Both the position numbers and the translations under genes were made by a program. Shown here in pieces: positions 29,212 to 37,120 of a stretch of 64,000 nt of DNA; positions within the stretch are counted from its first letter, which is position 1, and the number at the start of each line of letters is the position of its first letter. The stretch lies in assembly GCA_026397505.1 (NCBI GenBank), contig JAPLUR010000047.1, positions 11,040-75,039 on the forward strand, in the 5' to 3' direction. The notes below the pieces were generated by a model that saw only the letters and a program-made list of their open reading frames with translations, was not told the origin of the DNA and did not search any database. The stretch is from Candidatus Zixiibacteriota bacterium. Lineage in GTDB: Bacteria > Zixibacteria > MSB-5A5 > GN15 > PGXB01.

Positions 29212-29615
29212 CCTGCCGATCCCATCGAGTCTTTATTGAGACCCTGATACTTGGAAGGGCACTTGACCAGCAATTTATCGGCGATAAATCCCTCGGAACT
29301 CTGTTTCCCCCGCACCACTACCTGAGTCGCCTGTTCGAAATTACCCGGCACCACTCCTTTATAAATAACTTTCATTCTTTCGGAGGTTGAGGCATTTCCG
29401 GCGGCGGAATCATATATGGTGAAAATCAGCCGGCGGTTCTCGGCATCAAACTCAACATCATTGAAATCGATATTTCCCACCACCTGAACCGTCTTCCCCA
29501 TTTTCTTGGCCTCGGCTATTGAGACATATTGCACCGTCGTTTTTAAGAAGGCGGAGGCGCCCCAGAGGACAAAAATCACGATGACTGCGGCTCCGATAAT
29601 ATACTTAGCCTTCAT
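29208..29615 (-). CDS. ccmE: cytochrome c maturation heme chaperone CcmE, Cys variant (CxxxY instead of HxxxY)
   Basis: N-terminal TM then OB-fold. LVKCPSKY aligns to E. coli LAKHDENY, the heme-binding His130/Tyr134 region. Confidence 0.8.
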   Translation of the reverse strand: MKAKYIIGAAVIVIFVLWGASAFLKTTVQYVSIAEAKKMGKTVQVVGNIDFNDVEFDAENRRLIFTIYDSAAGNASTSERMKVIYKGVVPGNFEQATQVVVRGKQSSEGFIADKLLVKCPSKYQGLNKDSMGSAG

Positions 29616-29721
29616 TTTTGCTCCCCAGTTTCTTCACTTTTTTATCCAGGGATAAAAGATAAAGGAATATTCCGACCCAAATGACCAGGGTTACAACCAT
29701 GACGACATAGTTGGGATTCAT
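29605..29721 (-). CDS. ccmD: heme exporter protein D (CcmD), 38 aa single-TM; not in ORF track (<60 aa)
   Basis: Translation MNPNYVVMVVTLVIWVGIFLYLLSLDKKVKKLGSKNEG*. GGAGG RBS. The stop overlaps the ccmE ATG and the gene sits between ccmC and ccmE. Confidence 0.7.
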   Translation of the reverse strand: MNPNYVVMVVTLVIWVGIFLYLLSLDKKVKKLGSKNEG

Positions 29722-29722
29722 T

Positions 29723-30415
29723 TTAAATATCCTCCAAGAGATTTTCTTCGGCAGCCTTAAAGACCTTCAAAGACAAATTATATATCCATAGAAAGAGAGC
29801 CGTAAAGGTCGCCAGCGAAGTGAAAAATATGATGCTGACCATCGGGCCCATCGTGAGTTTGCCGGTTTTATCAACGACCGAATCGGACGGGTGCTGGGAA
29901 AAAGTCGGGTAAACTCGGGGCAGAATGAAGATAAGGAAAATCGCCGAAACGGCAAAAATTATCGACAGCACCGCGGAAAGAGTGGCGCGGTTATCCGGGT
30001 CGGGCAGCGCCGAGCGGAGAGCAAAGTAAGCGCCATAGATTATCAGAAGGATAAAAATGGAAACCTCGCGGATCTCCGACCAGTTCCAGAATTCACCCCA
30101 GGTCGTCTTGGCGAATATCGAACCGGTAATAGCGGCCAGAATCGCAAAGATAAGCCCGAGACGGTTGGCTGTGACCGCTTTCAGATCGAATTTCTTATTT
30201 TTCGTCTGCAGGAAGCGGATTGAGAAGAACATCGATATCAGAAAAGCAAGCGAGGCAACCCATGACTGCGGAACATGAAAGTAGAATATCCGGTAGGCAT
30301 CGGCCGGGCCCAAGGAATTAGCCGGGTCCATTGGTGACGGGGTAGCGAAGGCCATTATAATAACCCCCGACATCGCCAGAAATATCAATATTTTCCACCA
30401 CATATACTTCATCAA
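29723..30415 (-). CDS. ccmC: heme exporter protein C (CcmC)
   Basis: About 230-aa polytopic protein with the Trp-rich motif WGEFWNWSEIRE. Operon position fits. Confidence 0.8.
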   Translation of the reverse strand: MMKYMWWKILIFLAMSGVIIMAFATPSPMDPANSLGPADAYRIFYFHVPQSWVASLAFLISMFFSIRFLQTKNKKFDLKAVTANRLGLIFAILAAITGSIFAKTTWGEFWNWSEIREVSIFILLIIYGAYFALRSALPDPDNRATLSAVLSIIFAVSAIFLIFILPRVYPTFSQHPSDSVVDKTGKLTMGPMVSIIFFTSLATFTALFLWIYNLSLKVFKAAEENLLEDI

Positions 30416-30489
30416 ACCGTTTTACGTCCTAAGAGTTCGCCAATCTAATAAAAATAATGGTAAATCCTAATCTTTTTTATCATCTTTCA

Positions 30490-31194
30490 TCATTGCCGCC
30501 AGACAAAATCGAACAATAGAAGCGACAGCGTAATCATCACAACATCATAAGTAATAATAAGTTGCATCGGCGGCCAGACCTCTTTATAACCGCCTCCGAG
30601 GAAGGCCACTTTTGTGATTTCTATCACAGCCACCAGAAGCGGCATCAACACTGGGAACGACAACACCGTGAAAAGCGCCCCTTTCACGGTTGCCTTGGAA
30701 ACAATGGCGGCAATGATAGTGGTTGCTCCCGAAAGTCCGATTATCCCCAGAATCACCCCGGTCAGGAAAATCCCCCAATTGGCGGGCGAGGTTTTCAGCA
30801 GCACTATAAAAAGAGGGATAATCAAAACGGCCAGAATGCTCAAAAGGATTAAATTGAAAAAGAGTTTGCCGAAAAATATTACGGCCCCTTCGGAGGAAAG
30901 TTTAAGAATCATGGCTGTCCCCGATTCTTCCTCCTTGATAAAAACCTGCGCCAGACCCGACATGGCGGCAAAGAAGAGTATTATCCAGAAAAGGGCCGCC
31001 ATGATCTCTTTGGAGGGTTCCAATGCACCCACCGCGAAAGATATGACGGTCAACGTCACCAGCGCAAACATCAAAATCGCATTCAGGGCGTACCGGGTAC
31101 GGAACTCGGAAACGATATCTTTGCGGGTGACCGCGATAACTTTAGCCACCCAGCTGACAGAGTTTCTCGGCAAGCGAATACTCCTCCTTTTCAT
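30490..31194 (-). CDS. ccmB: heme exporter ABC permease CcmB
   Basis: About 220-aa 6-TM protein immediately downstream of, and overlapping, ccmA. Confidence 0.75.
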   Translation of the reverse strand: MKRRSIRLPRNSVSWVAKVIAVTRKDIVSEFRTRYALNAILMFALVTLTVISFAVGALEPSKEIMAALFWIILFFAAMSGLAQVFIKEEESGTAMILKLSSEGAVIFFGKLFFNLILLSILAVLIIPLFIVLLKTSPANWGIFLTGVILGIIGLSGATTIIAAIVSKATVKGALFTVLSFPVLMPLLVAVIEITKVAFLGGGYKEVWPPMQLIITYDVVMITLSLLLFDFVWRQ

Positions 31195-31704
31195 TGGTGG
31201 CGATAATAATCAACGACTTTGTGCGGCGTGATTCTATAAGGTCAGAGATCATTTTCTTTCCGGCCTCATCGAGGTTGGAGGTCGGCTCATCGATCATCAG
31301 GATGGCCGGATCTTTAAGCAGGGCCACGGCGTACTTGAGACGCTGCATCATGCCTGAGGAATAGGCCGCCACAAAGTCCTCTCCCCGTCCCTTGAGGCCG
31401 ACCTGAGCCAGAACCTTATCAATCTCCTCATTGGTGACAAGATCGCCGTTGACACGGGCGAAGAAGTCAAGATTTTCGCGGGCGGTCAGAGAGCCATATA
31501 GTTTTTCCCCTCGTCCGAGAAAACCACTCTTCCTTTTGTAGGGAATGCAAAACCGATGAGCAGTTTCAGCAGGGTCGATTTGCCGGAGCCGTTCGGGCCG
31601 ACAATAGCAATCGACTCCCCCTGTTTAAGAGCGAAAGAGATATTTTCGAACACTTTCCTGGAGCCGAACCGCTTGGCCAGATTTTCTACTTCAAGTTTAA
31701 TCAT
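31142..31704 (-). CDS. ccmA: heme exporter ABC ATPase CcmA, interrupted by +1 frameshift in an A5 homopolymer (+ strand T5 at about 31500)
   Basis: N-terminal piece carries Walker A GPNGSGKSTLLK (31486..31704). The C-terminal piece ...LTARENLDFFARVNG...YSSGMMQRLKYAVALLKDPAILMIDEPTSNLD carries the ABC signature and Walker B. The frames rejoin if one A is added. Confidence 0.75.
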
Positions 31705-31858
31705 ATTAAGGCTAACAACGACTTACACCAATAAATGTTCCCCAATGCCGATGTCAAGTAAAGAAAGAGAACGGGTATTAGTTCCGATTGGTGATCATGT
31801 CGATTGTCAACTGAAAAAGGCTTGCCGAAAGGAATAAGAGTCAATTAACTTGGCACGC

Positions 31859-32500
31859 ATGATGAAAAGCCTTTTGACTATTCTCGCCGCTGCTCTACTT
31901 CTGACAACAGGAGAGCTTATTGCGCTTCAAGCACCAGAGGAAAAGGATACTACTCCCGATGTTTTGAAAACCGCGCATGAACTGGCGGGGACAACTTACG
32001 CCGGATATAGGTACGGCTCGAATATGAGCAAAAAACAGATTGACTGCACCCAATTCATGCAGAAGGTGCTGGAAAGGATATTGGAGAGAGATTTATCCGA
32101 GGCTGAAGCTGAAGCGGTTAATATATCCGGGATTCCGAGCAGATCGGCGGCGCTGGATTCATTTGTCGAGCATAATGACGCCCGGACAAAAGGAGTGGTT
32201 TATGCTTTGACTGAGGTAATGAAATTGGGCGAGGAGATCAAACCGGACGATGTTCGCCACGGCGATTTGATACAGTACTGGATAAAGAGCAGGGACGGTC
32301 ATTATAAGGGACATGCGGCGATTATCGAAAGCTGCTATGTCAGGGATGGAAATCCGGTGGCGCGATTGTTCGGTTCACACAAGACCCTTGGCCGGATTGG
32401 AATTGCCGTGGACAAGAGCGGCCGGGTGCTGGAATTAAATTTGATCGGTGAGCGGAGAAGAATCTATATTGTTCGTCTTCTCCGCACTAAACCCGAGTAA
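31859..32500 (+). CDS. secreted hypothetical protein
   Basis: Signal peptide MMKSLLTILAAALLLTTGELIALQA. Globular composition with conserved Cys and His. Confidence 0.55.
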   Translation: MMKSLLTILAAALLLTTGELIALQAPEEKDTTPDVLKTAHELAGTTYAGYRYGSNMSKKQIDCTQFMQKVLERILERDLSEAEAEAVNISGIPSRSAALDSFVEHNDARTKGVVYALTEVMKLGEEIKPDDVRHGDLIQYWIKSRDGHYKGHAAIIESCYVRDGNPVARLFGSHKTLGRIGIAVDKSGRVLELNLIGERRRIYIVRLLRTKPE

Positions 32501-32586
32501 ATCTTTTCATTTGCGTAGAGACAGCGTCCTGTTGTTCGTTATAGAGAAAGATTGTTCTGTCTGCGCCGGATACAGTAGATTTGCTA

Positions 32587-33168
32587 TTAGAAACTACCCC
32601 ACCGCATGCGATGACTTCCCGCACCCGTGACAATATTATATCCGTTCGCGTCACCCCACTGCTTGCCACCCTCATACAGTTGCGCGGAGCCGGAATTAAG
32701 GAAATCCTCGGCCATCTGTTTGTCACCATGGTGCAGAAGGATAGCATTCAGTTTCGTCTCGGTTCCTATGATACCCAGTTTTGCTCCGAGATAGAGAACA
32801 CGTAATCTTATTTCCTGGTCCATAATCTGGCGACCCAGTGTTTCAACTACCAGACTATCGCCGATATTTTTCAGAATGTCGTAGATTTGGCGGGCTCTTG
32901 ATGTATCGATCCAACTGGCCTCGACATCCAGGCAGGAGGCGCCCGAAACAACCAGGCAATTCAGGACGCTGTCTCTGCTGACAGCTTTATTCGAACGTCC
33001 CAGTAGTCGGGAAATAGCTTTCAGGGCAGGTTCCTGAAGCCGGCCGCACTCGCTTATCAGAGAATTTTGCATGATGCCGATAAGTTGCTCATCAGTCTCC
33101 TGATTGCAGGCCGCGAAGATAAGGGTTAAAGCAAATATTGTTGATAAACATCGATACATGAGATACAT
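32587..33168 (-). CDS. lipoprotein, hypothetical
   Basis: GGAG RBS 6 nt before the ATG at 33168. Signal plus lipobox LIFAAC. Confidence 0.55.
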   Translation of the reverse strand: MYLMYRCLSTIFALTLIFAACNQETDEQLIGIMQNSLISECGRLQEPALKAISRLLGRSNKAVSRDSVLNCLVVSGASCLDVEASWIDTSRARQIYDILKNIGDSLVVETLGRQIMDQEIRLRVLYLGAKLGIIGTETKLNAILLHHGDKQMAEDFLNSGSAQLYEGGKQWGDANGYNIVTGAGSHRMRWGSF

Positions 33169-33364
33169 CCGGGACTCCTTTCTCGGGGCGTTCATGACTG
33201 CAAATCAAAAATACAACATATGATATATTGGCGGCCATAGAAAAATGCGAGAGGACAGAACGATGTTGTCCTGTCCCTACGGAACACGCACAGACAATTT
33301 AATGTGGAAACGGATGCTCCAAGGACTTTAGGGAAACAATTTCTCTGCAAAAGCATTGGGGTTT

Positions 33365-33751
33365 CTAAAAAGAAAAGCGGAGGCCGAATTGATTGACCGG
33401 CTTATTCTCAAACGTCGAGATGACCCGCTGGTAATTAATCGACAGACTTGAGACAACCGGCTTGACGACGCCCAGCTCCATATAATAATCATACTTCTTG
33501 TATGACATATTCCAGTTGAAATCGGCGCTGAACTCAAAATCAAATTTGGTCAGAATCTTAAGTGTATTTATCGAGACGACCTGGAGGGTCTTGCCGCGAT
33601 TGCGGCCGGAATCATCGACATTTTGATAAAGGGATACATTATTGTTCACAGGATAAAATCCGACCACCTTGCTGTCAAATGCCGGAAGAGAGAAGATACT
33701 TGTTGATAATGAAAGCACTATGAACACCAGAAAAAAGGCCGCCTTACTCAT
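33365..33751 (-). CDS. small secreted/outer-membrane-like protein ending in Phe
   Basis: Signal peptide MSKAAFFLVFIVLSLSTSIFS. Amphipathic beta-like composition with a C-terminal F. Confidence 0.5.
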   Translation of the reverse strand: MSKAAFFLVFIVLSLSTSIFSLPAFDSKVVGFYPVNNNVSLYQNVDDSGRNRGKTLQVVSINTLKILTKFDFEFSADFNWNMSYKKYDYYMELGVVKPVVSSLSINYQRVISTFENKPVNQFGLRFSF

Positions 33752-33819
33752 CAGTTGCTCCTTTTATGACTTACCCGGAAATCCCCACAGAACGTGGGGA
33801 TCGAATACCAATCTGGAAT

Positions 33820-35514
33820 CTATTTATTTTCGATAAATTCTCTTACGTAATAAACCGAAGTGAGTTTTTCGCCGGTCGCCCGCTGAATCATATCGTTCCA
33901 GGGATAGCGCGCGCCTGCAAGAAAGATGTTGTCCACCAGAAATTTCCCGATTCGAGGATCGCCGGCATAGGATTCATCAAAGGGGTCAGGTGAATTCAGT
34001 ACCTTATGGCCGATCGTTTCGGCCAGCTGGGAGGCGAGCAGTTCGCCCATCAGGTAGTCGTGATAATAGACCGGATAAAGTGCGATATGGATTTTGGAGG
34101 CCCAATCGGGCTCATCACGCCCCGCCGGGCAGGTCAACCCCTGATATTTCTGCACCAGGTCCCACCAGAGCTTATTCAGATTCTGGTCGGGATTTTCATA
34201 GAGGGCGCGCTCGAACAGCACCATCACCAGAGTCCAGCGGCAGAAAACCAACTGTTCCAGACGATGCATCCGTACAATATCGCCGGCTACTCTGTCGACC
34301 TCGGCTGCCGGCACTCCGACCACCTGTTTCAGCCACCGCGGATTGGCGGGCAATCGGCCAAAGAAATTGGCCATTGCTTCGGTGGTGAGGCTGTGGGCGG
34401 CACCGCGCAAAAGCCACGGCCCCTGATGATCGCCGTAATAATCGTATACGGCGTGCCCCAATTCGTGGAGAAGAGTGCCGGTCCAGGAATAATCGGGGCG
34501 GACATTGCAGATGATACGAACATCACCGGAGCGGTCGATGTCATAGCTGACGGCGTGCTGGTACTTACCGGGGCGTTCGTACAGATCGCTGTGCGCCAGG
34601 ATACTGTCCACCGGGAGACCGATTCCGGCAAAGTAGCTGCGGACGATGGCTATGGGGTCTCTGCCTTGATAGAAGGCATCAATATTCACGTTGTATATCG
34701 CGGGAGCTTCCTGGAAAAACCGGTTTTGGTAGTGCCAGGGCTGCAATTGACTCTTGGGCACGTTGTATAGAGCGGCCAGCACGGAATCGATCTGACCTTT
34801 GAAAATCACAAACGGTGCGCGGGTTAGGGTGTCGAGCTGGTCAAATAGGGCGGCGATTTCGGCCGGGTCCTGCTCGCTGAGCGTAATCTGCATCTCGTAA
34901 TAATTCTTGAAGCCCAATTTTTGCGCCGCCCGGTTGCGAAGTTTGACCAATTCCAGCAGCTCCGCGGCTACTTCACGGCCGACCAGCTTGCTGGCTTTCC
35001 AGGTCTCCTCGAGTTCGGCCGAATTGGTTGAGTGCCTGAGAATGGAGTCGACCTCATTATCGCTTAAGGTTTGTGCGCCGACTTTGACGCGGAAGGTGTT
35101 GAATTTCTGCTCGATGGCAGTCCCGCGGTTGACCAGTTCCTCAAGGGTTTTTGTATCGATCTGACTTCCGAGATAAGAGAGGTACAGAATGTCTAACTGG
35201 CGTTTGAGAAGCGGGTCGGTGATCTGCCCTGATTCCCGGAAGGCCTTGATTCTGGCAAAGGCGGCGGTGTCGGAATAAATCTTGCCGAGGGTGATTTGTA
35301 TCTGCGCCGATTTTTCGTAGTCGGCGGCGTTACCCGAGATTGAGGCATTATATGAGGAAAGGCTGCTTTCGCGGCTGAGCGGGATTACTTTGGTCTCATA
35401 GTCCTTCAGGAAAGAGCGGAAATCCTGCTCGGTGATTTGTGAATCTGTGGCCGGGGTCAGGGCGGCAAAGCCGAATAGAATTGTTATTATGGCCAATAGC
35501 GCTGTTATCCTCAT
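33820..35514 (-). CDS. secreted zinc metallopeptidase (HEXXH; M2/M3/M32-like oligopeptidase or carboxypeptidase)
   Basis: Signal peptide. HELGH motif in LLHELGHAVYDYY. GGAGG RBS before the ATG at 35514. Confidence 0.7.
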   Translation of the reverse strand: MRITALLAIITILFGFAALTPATDSQITEQDFRSFLKDYETKVIPLSRESSLSSYNASISGNAADYEKSAQIQITLGKIYSDTAAFARIKAFRESGQITDPLLKRQLDILYLSYLGSQIDTKTLEELVNRGTAIEQKFNTFRVKVGAQTLSDNEVDSILRHSTNSAELEETWKASKLVGREVAAELLELVKLRNRAAQKLGFKNYYEMQITLSEQDPAEIAALFDQLDTLTRAPFVIFKGQIDSVLAALYNVPKSQLQPWHYQNRFFQEAPAIYNVNIDAFYQGRDPIAIVRSYFAGIGLPVDSILAHSDLYERPGKYQHAVSYDIDRSGDVRIICNVRPDYSWTGTLLHELGHAVYDYYGDHQGPWLLRGAAHSLTTEAMANFFGRLPANPRWLKQVVGVPAAEVDRVAGDIVRMHRLEQLVFCRWTLVMVLFERALYENPDQNLNKLWWDLVQKYQGLTCPAGRDEPDWASKIHIALYPVYYHDYLMGELLASQLAETIGHKVLNSPDPFDESYAGDPRIGKFLVDNIFLAGARYPWNDMIQRATGEKLTSVYYVREFIENK

Positions 35515-35801
35515 ATCTCCTCCAATAATCAAAGGTGCAGGCGGTCAAAACCTTTTTGGAACAACAGGGTGGAATGTAAGGGATAAATTTGGGTTTGGCA
35601 AGGGGGGGCGGATTGGGGTTATGCCGCAGGGTCACGCCGGACAGGGCAAGCGGTATAAGAGCCGGCGGAACAAAGAAATACAGTTGACTTTGAAAGGGCG
35701 GCGGCCCTATCTTAAGCACATGTCCATTTTTTTAGGGGAAGATCAGATCACTCAAGACAAAGAGATAAGTTGTCTTTGCTAAACAAGGAGGTTTGAAGAC
35801 C

Positions 35802-36608
35802 ATGACACAGAGCAAAAGCATCGTTCTGCTGTTACTTTCGGTATCGTTATTGGCGCTGGCCGGCTGCGGAACCCAGGTTCCCTCGGGACATCGCGCCGTT
35901 TTCTACAGCACTTTTGGATCCGGCACGGAGTTCGGACGGATCTATGGCGAAGGCTTCACTTTCCACCTGCCGTGGAACAAGATGTTCGTATACCGCACTC
36001 AGATTCAGGAGCAGAAGGAAGACCTTACGGTTCTGTCGTCCGACGGCGCTTCGATCAAAATGGAAGTCTCGATTCTCTATTACCCGGAACCGACAAAGCT
36101 CGATTCGCTTCAGGTTACGGTGGGAGAAGGCTACTACTCGGATATCGTAGCGCCCAATATCAGAGGTATCGCCAGGGCTGTCGCCGGTCGCTACAAGCCC
36201 GAGGAGATCTATTCCACGAAGCGCGAACAGGTGGCCAGGGAGATTATTGACGAACTGAAGGCATCGGTGGCCAAGAAGTGGATTGTCATCGAAAATGTAC
36301 TGATTCGCAACGTGCAGATACCGGAAAAGATTTCCGATGCGATCAATTTCAAGCTGACCGCCGATCAGGAGACTCAGCGGATGCAGTTTACCATCGAGAA
36401 GGAGCGACTCGAGGCTGACCGCAAGCGGATCGAAGCACAGGGTATTGCCGACTTTCAGAAAATTGTCTCGGCCGGGCTGACATCGTCGTATCTGAAGTGG
36501 AAGGGAATCGAGGCCACCGAGCATCTGGCGACCTCGACCAACTCGAAGATCGTGATAGTCGGCAACTCGTCCAATTCCATGCCGGTAATTCTGAGCGCCG
36601 ACAAGTGA
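35802..36608 (+). CDS. SPFH/band-7 (prohibitin-like) family lipoprotein
   Basis: Lipobox LLALAGC. The SPFH domain pattern runs through ...EQKEDLTVLSSDGASIKMEVSILYY. Confidence 0.75.
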   Translation: MTQSKSIVLLLLSVSLLALAGCGTQVPSGHRAVFYSTFGSGTEFGRIYGEGFTFHLPWNKMFVYRTQIQEQKEDLTVLSSDGASIKMEVSILYYPEPTKLDSLQVTVGEGYYSDIVAPNIRGIARAVAGRYKPEEIYSTKREQVAREIIDELKASVAKKWIVIENVLIRNVQIPEKISDAINFKLTADQETQRMQFTIEKERLEADRKRIEAQGIADFQKIVSAGLTSSYLKWKGIEATEHLATSTNSKIVIVGNSSNSMPVILSADK

Positions 36609-36620
36609 GCTAGCCCGGAA

Positions 36621-36677
36621 ATGTCGAAACCCGCGCTCATTCCGCATTCTGCGGAATTCGGGGGAATTTCGACCTAC
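36621..36677. repeat. GTCGAAAC...TTTCGACCTA element, copy 4 (after the SPFH gene)
   Basis: aTGTCGAAACCcgcgctcATTCCGCattcTGCGGAATtcgggggaaTTTCGACCTAca with an inner ATTCCGC/GCGGAAT hairpin. Confidence 0.7.
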
Positions 36678-36720
36678 ACCTGTATGTGCGACAATGAGAT
36701 AGGCGATATTCGCTCTATGG

Positions 36721-36938
36721 CGTAAATTGGGTTCGTTTCTTCGATTTTTAAAATATCACGGTGGCATGTTTGCGCCAAAGGCCAAGAATGAACAATTTCT
36801 GTGCATTATGATGAGCTGTGACAATCTCCTTTTGGCGATCAGACTATTTATGGCCGGGGAATTATTATTCATATATAAGGGGTAGGGCGTAAATCACCAT
36901 CGAAGTTGTAGTGATTTTGCTTGGGTGACGGTGAAAGG
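36721..36938. repeat. bipartite about 220-nt intergenic element, copy 2 (left arm 36721-36776, right arm 36880-36938)
   Basis: Left arm CGTAAATTGGGTTCGTTTCTTCGATTTTTAAAAT. Right arm GGGTAGGGCGTAAATCACCATCGAAGTTGTAGTGATTTTGCTTGGGTGACGGTGAAAGG. The middle is unrelated to copy 1. Confidence 0.65.
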
Positions 36939-37120
36939 CGATGCTCAAAAATGAGACCCGCTTTAATCCTAATTATGCCCTTGACAATTAAGACGGGGTC
37001 TACAACGGCTGTTAGAAAAATGTTAGAAAGAATATTTGTGACCTGTGGATTTCGCGGGATATATTATGAGTTTTGTAAGGCAGGCTATTGAAGCCTGCCT
37101 TGCCCTATTTCTGTAGTTGC

